From Bacteroidota bacterium (GTDB lineage Bacteria > Bacteroidota > Rhodothermia > Rhodothermales > Salinibacteraceae): a DNA stretch of 42,634 bases. The number at the start of each line of letters is the position of its first letter. Position 1 is the first letter of the stretch. A model generated the notes under the pieces. That model had not been told where the DNA came from and did not search any database. It saw only the letters and a program-made list of their open reading frames with translations. A program made the translations under genes and the position numbers. Shown here in pieces: positions 35,755 through 42,634 of this stretch. The stretch covers positions 1-42,634 of the forward strand of contig JAAAPH010000459.1 in assembly GCA_009908415.1 (NCBI GenBank), written 5' to 3'.

Positions 35755-35831
35755 TACGGCTCGATAGACGAACGGCGAACTCACCACGCCCCCTATTCAT
35801 CATTCGACACGCGCAACTCGGCTTTCTTTCG

Positions 35832-36860
35832 ATGGACTGGCTGCACCCGACATACGGATGGGCCCTGTTGCTCGTCATGCTAGTGGCGGGCCTCTTCGGC
35901 TGGGCGGCTTGGAAGCGCCGCCAGGCCCGCGACCAGTTTGGGCATCGGGGGCTTGTGGCGCAGTTGGCCACGGCGGTCCAGCCCCGCCGCCGCCTCGTGC
36001 GGGCTGCCCTCGTCGTCGTAGGCGCCGCGCTCCTCGTCGTGAGCCTCGCGGGGCCGCGCTTCGGAACGAGCGTGCGCGAGGTGGAGCGCGAAGGCATCGA
36101 CCTCATGATTGCGCTCGACGTGTCGGCGTCGATGCAAGCGGAAGACGTGGCCCCCAACCGCCTTGAGCGCGCGAAGGGTGAAATCAAGAAGCTCATCGGC
36201 GAGCTCAGCGGCGACCGAGTGGGCCTCATCCTGTTTGCCGGCGACGCGTTCATCCAGTGCCCCCTGACCACGGACTACGACGCGGTGCGGCTCTTTCTCG
36301 ACGTGGCCGAGCCGTCGCTCATCCCTACCCCAGGCACCGACTTCGAGATCGCCTTCGAGACGGCCCTCAGCGCCTTTGGCCCCACGCCGGCCGCGTCCGA
36401 CGCGGAGCGCACTCCGCCGGACTCCGGGCCTCGCTCGCAAGCGCTGCTCTACATCTCCGACGGCGAAAACCATCGGGGCAGTATCGACTACATCACGCGT
36501 GCGGCCCGCGACCGCGACATCGCAGTGTTCTCGGCGGGGGTGGGCGACCAGGCAGGCGCCCGCATTCCAATCTATGAGAACGGGCAGCGCACCGGCTTCT
36601 TGCGCGATCGCAATGGCCAAATTGTAAACACGCGCCTCGAAGAAGACGTGCTCACCCGGCTGGCGCAGAACGGGGCGTACTTCCGGATTGCCCGGACGAC
36701 CAGCGCGCTAATCGACATGACCGCCTCCATCGAGCGCCTGGAGAAGACGTCGTTGGGCGCCGAGGAATTCGAGGATTACGAGGAACGGTTCCAGTGGCCA
36801 TTGGCACTCGCCTTGCTCGTTCTTACCGTCGAGGTCCTCATCGGCGCGCGGCGACCCTGA
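35832..36860 (+). CDS. batB: vWA domain membrane protein BatB
   Basis: The start is MDWLHPTYGW (ATG 35832). The MIDAS motif is ALDVSASM, followed by ISDGENH and a C-terminal TM. Confidence 0.85.
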   Translation: MDWLHPTYGWALLLVMLVAGLFGWAAWKRRQARDQFGHRGLVAQLATAVQPRRRLVRAALVVVGAALLVVSLAGPRFGTSVREVEREGIDLMIALDVSASMQAEDVAPNRLERAKGEIKKLIGELSGDRVGLILFAGDAFIQCPLTTDYDAVRLFLDVAEPSLIPTPGTDFEIAFETALSAFGPTPAASDAERTPPDSGPRSQALLYISDGENHRGSIDYITRAARDRDIAVFSAGVGDQAGARIPIYENGQRTGFLRDRNGQIVNTRLEEDVLTRLAQNGAYFRIARTTSALIDMTASIERLEKTSLGAEEFEDYEERFQWPLALALLVLTVEVLIGARRP

Positions 36861-36925
36861 CGGAGGGCGGCATGGCCTCCCCTGGATGTGCTCCGCTCAC
36901 CCTTCACGCAGATTCACGCAGATTC

Positions 36926-37576
36926 ATGACGACGCGGCTCGTGATCTTGCTGCTGGCCCTGCTCTTGGGCGCCGATGATGGGACCGACGAGGGCCGCCGC
37001 GGCAATGCGCTATATGAGGCCGGCGACTACGAGGCCGCGGCATCGGCCTACCGGGCCGGACTCGACCAGCACGACGGCTCGGAGGGCGCCGTGTACGCGG
37101 CCCTTTGGAACAACCTAGGCCTTGCCCTCCACCGGCAGGAGAAGTACGAAGAGGCGGACTCTGCCTTCCAGCGCGCGGCCGTGGCTGCTACGACGCCCGA
37201 ACGCCAAGCTCGTGCCTTGTACAACGCCGGCAACAACGCCGTCGCCCAAGACCAGTTGGAATCGGCGCTCGCGTTGTACCGGCAGGCCCTCATCACAGAC
37301 GAAAGCCATGCGGACGCCCGTTTCAACTACGAGTACCTGAAACGCCAGATGGCCCAGCGGCAGCAGCAATCGTCCTCGGCCACCGACCCTATCGAGCCGT
37401 CCGCGTTTGCCCGGCAACTGAAGCGCCGGGCCGACGAGATGGCGACGAACCGGCAGTATGAAGATGCGTATCGCCTCATGCAGAATGGACTGCAACAAGA
37501 TTCCACCGTGGCGGCCTTCCGGTCGTTTATTACGCGCCTCAGCGATGTGGCCCAAATCGACTCGTTGAACTCATGA
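36926..37576 (+). CDS. batC: TPR repeat protein, BatC-like
   Basis: The start is MTTRLVILLLALLLG (ATG 36926). The TPR units are GNALYEAGDYEAAASAYRAGL, NNLGLALHRQEKYEEADSAFQRA and YNAGNNAVAQDQLESALALYRQAL. Confidence 0.7.
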   Translation: MTTRLVILLLALLLGADDGTDEGRRGNALYEAGDYEAAASAYRAGLDQHDGSEGAVYAALWNNLGLALHRQEKYEEADSAFQRAAVAATTPERQARALYNAGNNAVAQDQLESALALYRQALITDESHADARFNYEYLKRQMAQRQQQSSSATDPIEPSAFARQLKRRADEMATNRQYEDAYRLMQNGLQQDSTVAAFRSFITRLSDVAQIDSLNS

Positions 37577-38196
37577 TGCGTTCGCACGCCCCTATCCTTT
37601 GGATGCTGGCGCTGACCGTGGCGATAATGCCCCCAGCGCAGGCGCAAACCAACGGCCCGTCGCCCGGTGCGTCGTATTTCCACGACGCCGCCCAACACTA
37701 CCTGGACGCGAACCTCCAGCAGGCCCTCGCGACGGTGAATGCAGGACTGCGCGTCGCTCCTGACGATGCCCGGCTGCGTGCGCTCCACGAAAAGATCCGG
37801 CAACAACGCCAGCGCCAGCAGTCGGGCAGTGAGAGCGGCGGGGCGCAATCGTCTCAACAGGGCGAGCGTTCTTCGCCAAACGAGTCCAACCAGGACGGTA
37901 ACCAGCGCGGGAGCGACCAGCAGCCATCGCCCGAGTCCAGCGATGCGTCGAACCCGCAGCAGGGGGCGCAGGGGCAATCCGAGGGGCCAGAGCGTCCTGA
38001 CGACACCTCGGCGGAGGAGGCAGACGAGCGCAGATCGGCATCGGGGGCGACGCGCGGAAGCCAAGAACAGGCCCCGGAGCTCAGCCAGGCGCAGGCGGCT
38101 CGCATTCTGCGTGCGCTCGAAGCACAGGAAAAGCAACTGCTTCGGCAGGTACAGAAGCGCCGTCGCATCCCGCAACGCATCGTGAAAGAGTGGTAG
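37573..38196 (+). CDS. Secreted Gln/Ser-rich protein resembling the C-terminal half of BatC
   Basis: A signal peptide ending AQAQ, one TPR-like unit, a long Q/S/E low-complexity stretch, and a basic C-terminus ending KEW. It has an ATGA overlap with the preceding gene. Confidence 0.55.
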   Translation: MMRSHAPILWMLALTVAIMPPAQAQTNGPSPGASYFHDAAQHYLDANLQQALATVNAGLRVAPDDARLRALHEKIRQQRQRQQSGSESGGAQSSQQGERSSPNESNQDGNQRGSDQQPSPESSDASNPQQGAQGQSEGPERPDDTSAEEADERRSASGATRGSQEQAPELSQAQAARILRALEAQEKQLLRQVQKRRRIPQRIVKEW

Positions 38197-38197
38197 T

Positions 38198-40084
38198 ATG
38201 CCCCCTGTGCAGCGCCCCCATTGGACCTGCTTTTCCGCTCGCTGCGCGCGGCTGCTTGGCATCCTGCTGTGCAGCGTCCTCACCGTGGCGCTGCCTATAC
38301 CCGCTCAGGCGCAATCGGACGACACGGTCACCATCGAAGCCCTGGCCGACCCCAGCCCGGTGGGCACCGAGGAGCGCGTCACGCTCACCCTTCGCGTAGA
38401 AGGCGCTTCGCCGTCGGAGATCGAGACGCCGGACCCGCCGCTCACCCGCGGCCTTGCGCTCCAGCAATCGACCCCGTCTACCCAGCGCGACGTCTCGTTT
38501 TCCAACGGCGAGCTCACGCGCAGCGTAACGTATCAGTGGACGTACGAGCCGGTGCGAGCCGGCACGGCACGCTTCTTCCCCGTGAAGGTCGTCGTCCGGG
38601 ACACCCCCTATGAAACCGAGTCCATCGACGTGGAGGTCGTTCCGCAGTCGCAGCGCGGGACGCGTTCTTCGTCCTCGCCTCGGTCCGGCACACCCCGATC
38701 GTCACAGAACCCCTCATCTTCTTCAGGCGAGTCTTCTCTCGTCGTGGGGCGAGACCTTTTCATTCGGGCGCACCCCGAGACGCAGCGCGTATATCAGAAT
38801 GAGCAGGTCATCGTAGCGTATCACTTGTACTTTCGGGGCGGCATTCAGCTTCGGCATAGCCGGCTTGCCAACGCGTGGGATGCGACCGGTTTTTGGCGCG
38901 AAGAGCTCGACGTCGAGTCGCGTCCCATCCCTCAGCCCACTACCCTCAACGGCCGGTCGTATCAAACCATCGTGCTCAAGCGCGTGGCCCTTTTCCCGAC
39001 CCGCGCCGGCGCGCTCCGCGTGGACCCGCTCGAAATTGAAACCGAGGCGCGTGCGGCACAGCGCTTCGGGCGAAACGATCCGTTTTACTCCCCGCAGGGC
39101 CCGTATAGGCCGACCAGCCTGGAGTCCGACTCGCTGGTGATCCAAGCAGAGCCGCTTCCCGACGGGGCGCCAGACAGCTTCAACGGCGCCGTGGGCGACT
39201 TCCAGCTGAGCGCGCAGGTCGACTCCACCGACGTGCAAGTCGGCCGTCCGGTGCGGTTGCGCGTGCGCATCGGTGGCATCGGCAATATTGCCACAGTGCA
39301 GCCGCCCGCGATCGAGCTGCCAGAGGCGATCGAGATGTATGACCCGAAGGAGAGCACCTCCATCAACCGGGAGGGGACGCAGATCCGCGGCACCAAAACC
39401 TTTACGTACGTGCTCATCCCACAATCCAACGGCACGTACACCCTGCCGCCCGTCCGGTTTGCCTACTTCGATCCAGAGCAGGGTCGCTATCGCACCCGGC
39501 GCAGCGTCCCGGTCACCCTGCGCGTGACGGGCCGGCCGCCCGTCACGGCGTCGAGCGCTACGGGCGGCGGGCTGCCGGTCAACGACGTCGCGCCCATCAT
39601 GACCGAGGCCTCAACCTGGACCCGCGCGGACGCGAACGCGCTGTATCGGAGTCCGTGGCCGTACGCGGCATTGCTGGCGCCCCTACTCGTGCTCGGCGGC
39701 GTGGCGGCCACAAAGCGCCTCGCGACGACATGGGACGAGGAGGCAGACGGCGCGGCGGACCGCAGCGATGCGCACCTGGAGCGGGCCCGCCACTACCGGC
39801 ACGAACAACGCCCCGAGGCCTGTTACGACGCCGTGGAGCAGGCCGTCCTGCACTTCATCAGCGATCGCCTCGACATTGCAGCCTCCGGGCTCACGCGGGC
39901 TCAACTGGACGACCTGCTGGCGCGCCGCGACGTGCCCTCGCGCGCTCGGGCGGCGCTCTTCGAACTGCTGGATGTCTGCGACCAGGCGCGATACTCCCCG
40001 GCCCGGCCTTCCGAGCAGGCCATGCAGAGCGCCATCGGGCGTGCCGAACAGCTGATCGACTTTCTGGCCTCCAAGCTGTCTTAG
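38198..40084 (+). CDS. batD: BatD-like oxygen-tolerance protein
   Basis: 628 aa with a signal peptide, repeated beta-rich extracytoplasmic domains, one late TM (YAALLAPLLVLGGVAA) and a cytoplasmic helical tail. Its position follows BatC. Confidence 0.75.
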   Translation: MPPVQRPHWTCFSARCARLLGILLCSVLTVALPIPAQAQSDDTVTIEALADPSPVGTEERVTLTLRVEGASPSEIETPDPPLTRGLALQQSTPSTQRDVSFSNGELTRSVTYQWTYEPVRAGTARFFPVKVVVRDTPYETESIDVEVVPQSQRGTRSSSSPRSGTPRSSQNPSSSSGESSLVVGRDLFIRAHPETQRVYQNEQVIVAYHLYFRGGIQLRHSRLANAWDATGFWREELDVESRPIPQPTTLNGRSYQTIVLKRVALFPTRAGALRVDPLEIETEARAAQRFGRNDPFYSPQGPYRPTSLESDSLVIQAEPLPDGAPDSFNGAVGDFQLSAQVDSTDVQVGRPVRLRVRIGGIGNIATVQPPAIELPEAIEMYDPKESTSINREGTQIRGTKTFTYVLIPQSNGTYTLPPVRFAYFDPEQGRYRTRRSVPVTLRVTGRPPVTASSATGGGLPVNDVAPIMTEASTWTRADANALYRSPWPYAALLAPLLVLGGVAATKRLATTWDEEADGAADRSDAHLERARHYRHEQRPEACYDAVEQAVLHFISDRLDIAASGLTRAQLDDLLARRDVPSRARAALFELLDVCDQARYSPARPSEQAMQSAIGRAEQLIDFLASKLS

Positions 40085-40109
40085 CCTCTTGCTTCCAGCC
40101 TCCTCCTTC

Positions 40110-40874
40110 ATGCGGCGTTTCGCGTTGCTCCTCGGTGCGATGTGGGTCCTGGCCAGCGGTCCGTGGGCCGGCACCGGATCGCACGCGGTCGCCCAGTCCG
40201 CCGAGGCCCACCGGCACTTTGAAACCGGCAACCAGCGGTACGAGCAAGGGCGTCATCAAGAGGCCATTGCGGCGTACCAGTCGGCCCTCGATGCGGGATA
40301 CACGAGCGGAGCGCTCTACTACAACTTGGGCACGGCTTACTTCCGCACTGGCGACCTCGGCCGGACTGTTTTGTATTACGAGAAGGCCCGCCGGCTCCTC
40401 CCCGGTGAGCCCAAGCTCCGCCACAGCCTCGACGTGGTCCGCAGCGCCGCCGGACTGCCGGCGCCGCCCGCGCCGCAAGGCTGGGATGCCCTCGCAACGT
40501 CCATCCCCCCTTCCTCTACGCTCCTATGGGGGCTTCTCCTATATGCCGTCGGAGCCGGCGTGCTGGGCTATCGCCTCTGGACAGGAGCCCGGCCTGCGCT
40601 CGGACGAGCAAGCATCGTCCCGCTCGCGGTCGGTGTGCTGTTGGCCGGGCTCGCCATGGGCGCGTCGTGGCTGCGCACGCTCGACCAGCGCGCCGTGGTC
40701 ACGGCGCCGGAAGCGCCCCTGCACCGCAGTCCCATCGATCAGGCCGCGCGCGACACGACCCTCCAGGCGGGCACCGTCCTCGTGCTGCAGCGCCGGCAGC
40801 CAGGGTGGACGGAGGTGCGCCTTCCGGACGGCCGCGTGGGCTGGCTCCGGGCCGAGGCCCTGGCCAACGTGTGA
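40110..40874 (+). CDS. batE: TPR plus SH3-domain protein, BatE-like
   Basis: A signal peptide, TPR units (GNQRYEQGRHQEAIAAYQSAL, YNLGTAYFRTGDLGRTVLYYEKA), TM segments, and a C-terminal bacterial SH3-like region (GWTEVRLPDGRVGWLRAEAL). Confidence 0.7.
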   Translation: MRRFALLLGAMWVLASGPWAGTGSHAVAQSAEAHRHFETGNQRYEQGRHQEAIAAYQSALDAGYTSGALYYNLGTAYFRTGDLGRTVLYYEKARRLLPGEPKLRHSLDVVRSAAGLPAPPAPQGWDALATSIPPSSTLLWGLLLYAVGAGVLGYRLWTGARPALGRASIVPLAVGVLLAGLAMGASWLRTLDQRAVVTAPEAPLHRSPIDQAARDTTLQAGTVLVLQRRQPGWTEVRLPDGRVGWLRAEALANV

Positions 40875-41043
40875 CCGCCCGCGCTGACGGCCGCGCCGCT
40901 GGTGAGCGCGACGGCCGGCGGACTCGGAGGGAATGCGCCGAACCGACGGGGGCTACTGCCCCATTTGCCCCTTTCACCCGCGCTCGTTATTTCCTTTCTT
41001 CGTACATACCGTGTCGGTCCCTTCTCACCCAACCCGCGCCTCC

Positions 41044-41706
41044 ATGGAACCTTTCGTCGTCGATCGCACGGGTGCCCCCGGCTGGATCGAGGTCATCTGC
41101 GGATCGATGTTCAGCGGCAAAACCGAAGAGCTGATTCGCCGGCTGCGGCGGGCGCGCATCGCCCAGCAACGCATCGCCGCCTTCAAGCCGGCCCTCGACC
41201 AGCGCTACAGCAATGAAGAAACCGTGTCGCACGACGAAAACGCACTCCCCACGACGACCGTCCACACGGCGGCGCAGATCGTGCTGCTCGCCGACCGGGC
41301 CGATGTCGTGGGCATCGACGAGGCGCAGTTCTTCGATGCGAGCCTGGTGGACGTATGCCGCGAGCTGGCGCGGGCCGGCACGCGGGTGATCGTGGCTGGG
41401 CTAGACCAAGATTACCGCGGCGAGCCGTTCGAGCCACTGCCGCAGCTCATGGCCGTTGCCGAGTACGTGAGCAAGCTGCATGCGATCTGCATGGTGTGCG
41501 GAGCGCCGGCCAACCACTCGCAGCGCCTCGTGGCCGACGGCGAGCGGGTGCTCGTCGGAGCGCAGGAAGCGTACGAGCCCCGCTGCCGTCGCTGCTTCAA
41601 GCCGGACGAGACGCCGGCCCCCACCAAGCGGTCGCCCACGCCGCACGCGGCCCCCAACGGCACTGTCGACGCCTCCGTGGGCGCCGCCTCCGCGTCCGCT
41701 TCCTGA
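41044..41706 (+). CDS. tdk: Thymidine kinase
   Basis: The P-loop GSMFSGKTEELIRR, then GIDEAQFF, and Zn ribbon CMVCG...CRRCF. A Pro/Ala/Ser-rich C-terminal extension of about 35 aa follows. Confidence 0.9.
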   Translation: MEPFVVDRTGAPGWIEVICGSMFSGKTEELIRRLRRARIAQQRIAAFKPALDQRYSNEETVSHDENALPTTTVHTAAQIVLLADRADVVGIDEAQFFDASLVDVCRELARAGTRVIVAGLDQDYRGEPFEPLPQLMAVAEYVSKLHAICMVCGAPANHSQRLVADGERVLVGAQEAYEPRCRRCFKPDETPAPTKRSPTPHAAPNGTVDASVGAASASAS

Positions 41707-41796
41707 GCGTTCGGCCGCACGCTCAACAATCCGGCGGTACGTCGGTTAGGGATAGCGCACGCGATCTGAACCGAGCAAGTGGTCTCAACCGACGTT

Positions 41797-42003
41797 ATGA
41801 TGACGACTGCTACCCGCACGACGGCCTCGCCCGCTCCGCGCCGGCGCCGCACGCCGAAGCGCCAACCGAAGCGTACGCCCAAGCGGAAGCCGACGCGCCG
41901 CCCGAACCCAACGAAGGTTCCGGTGCCGGAGCGCCGTGAGCCCTCGACGCCCAACCCCAATCCGTCCCCCAATCCGCGGCGTCCCTCTCGGCCGTCTTCC
42001 TGA
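41797..42003 (+). CDS. Possible small, highly basic Pro/Arg/Lys-rich protein
   Basis: MMTTATRTTASPAPRRRRTPKRQPKRTPKRKPTRRPNP.... Third codon positions are mostly G/C, as in the real genes, but such ORFs also arise by chance in GC-rich DNA. Confidence 0.3.
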   Translation: MMTTATRTTASPAPRRRRTPKRQPKRTPKRKPTRRPNPTKVPVPERREPSTPNPNPSPNPRRPSRPSS

Positions 42004-42160
42004 GGCGGCGCCCGTCGTTCACGCGATTTTCCCCTTTAGCGTGACGGCCCGCTTTTGTATCTTGTCCTTGTCACCGTCGACTTGAGTGCGGCGTGTGGGC
42101 CTCTCCGTCAGCCATGAGCCCCCACGCCGTTTTCTGCATCCCTCACCGGCCCTGCCCTCC

Positions 42161-42634
42161 ATGTCCGACCAGCGCTATCTCGTTGCGGCCCGCAAGTACC
42201 GGCCCGCCCTGTTCAAGGAAATCGTGGCTCAGGAGCACGTCACCGACACGCTCAAGAACGCGATCCGGCTCGATCGCTTGGCGCACGCGTATCTGTTCAG
42301 CGGCCCGCGCGGCGTGGGCAAGACGACAGCCGCCCGCGTGCTCGCTAAAGCAATCAACTGCACGACGCCGCTCGACAAACGCGAGGACCGGGCCGAGCCG
42401 TGCCGCGAATGCGACTCGTGCCGCGCCTTTGAGGACGGCCGCAGCCTCAACATCTTCGAGATTGATGCCGCCTCCAACAACAAGGTCGACGACATCCGCG
42501 AGCTGCGCGAGACCGTGCGGATTCCCCCCCAGGGCAGCAAGAAGAAGGTCTACATCATTGACGAGGTGCACATGCTGTCGAAGCAGGCGTTCAACGCCCT
42601 GCTGAAGACGCTGGAGGAGCCGCCGCCGCACGCG
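42161..42634 (+). CDS. dnaX: DNA polymerase III subunit gamma/tau, N-terminal part; continues off the right edge
   Basis: My own translation from ATG 42161 gives MSDQRYLVAARKYRPALFKEIVAQEHV...LFSGPRGVGKTTAARVLAKAINC...CRECDSC...IIDEVHMLSKQAFNALLKTLEEPP. It is not in the ORF track because no stop is reached. Track ORF 42093..42605 is in a different frame. Confidence 0.9.
   Translation, partial: MSDQRYLVAARKYRPALFKEIVAQEHVTDTLKNAIRLDRLAHAYLFSGPRGVGKTTAARVLAKAINCTTPLDKREDRAEPCRECDSCRAFEDGRSLNIFEIDAASNNKVDDIRELRETVRIPPQGSKKKVYIIDEVHMLSKQAFNALLKTLEEPPPHA

Noticed and set aside
36905-36924. A 2 x 10 bp tandem repeat (cacgcagatt) just before the BatC-like start.
   Set aside because: It is very short, occurs once, and has no obvious consequence. 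It is probably a trivial slippage duplication.
42004-42160. An SRP (4.5S) RNA gene, which often sits just upstream of dnaX in other bacteria.
   Set aside because: There is no GGUCCGGAAGGAAGCAGC-like domain IV motif. Only a 10-bp imperfect hairpin is present.
42093-42605. A 170-aa track ORF at the right end.
   Set aside because: It is in a different frame from the unmistakable dnaX reading frame that starts at 42161, and its product is low-complexity Pro/Ser/Arg.

Overview
This is a GC-rich bacterial chromosomal segment (GC not computed). The gene content suggests a Bacteroidota/Rhodothermota-type organism, possibly a Salinibacter-like halophile. The clues are a Bat aerotolerance-type operon, DUF5683 directly after parAB, a TonB protein, many FtsX/MacB permeases and many acidic low-complexity protein tails. 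The taxon is inference only. I support about 45 protein genes and found no rRNA, tRNA or CRISPR array by eye.

Layout:
- 1-3.6 kb is a small accessory islet. It holds a truncated DUF433 gene, an IS110-family transposase interrupted by one in-frame TAG and carrying in-frame 21-bp tandem repeats, a long gene-free tail, and a ParE/RelE toxin-antitoxin cassette bracketed by repeats.
- 3.7-21.4 kb is housekeeping: ald, a TrmH methyltransferase, gdh, an Ig-like lipoprotein, nnr, VanZ, TonB, rpiA, two MacB-type permeases, a GNAT, a UvrD-family helicase, parA-parB and DUF5683.
- 21.6-26.3 kb is a same-strand run of a glycosyltransferase, an alpha-oxoamine synthase, a large GNAT-like protein and a HAD hydrolase. 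This may be a lipid head-group pathway.
- 26.3-27.4 kb is an unusual 1.15 kb ORF-poor gap rich in hairpins, lying between two convergent genes.
- 27.4-31.5 kb holds rhomboid, purQ, two hypothetical genes and a ThuA-like gene.
- 32.0-40.9 kb is a Bat-type operon (DUF58, BatD/DUF4381-like, an embedded Sir2/CobB, BatA, BatB, two BatC-like genes, BatD, BatE) with no MoxR ATPase in front.
- The window ends with tdk, a dubious tiny basic ORF, and the 5' part of dnaX running off the right edge.

Many long ORFs in the track are antisense shadows typical of high-GC DNA and are rejected. No single finding is a clear novel system. The best candidates for follow-up are the 1.15 kb non-coding gap, the IS110 element and its non-coding ends, the repeat-bracketed toxin-antitoxin cassette, the Spt-like/GNAT lipid cluster and the Sir2-containing Bat operon.
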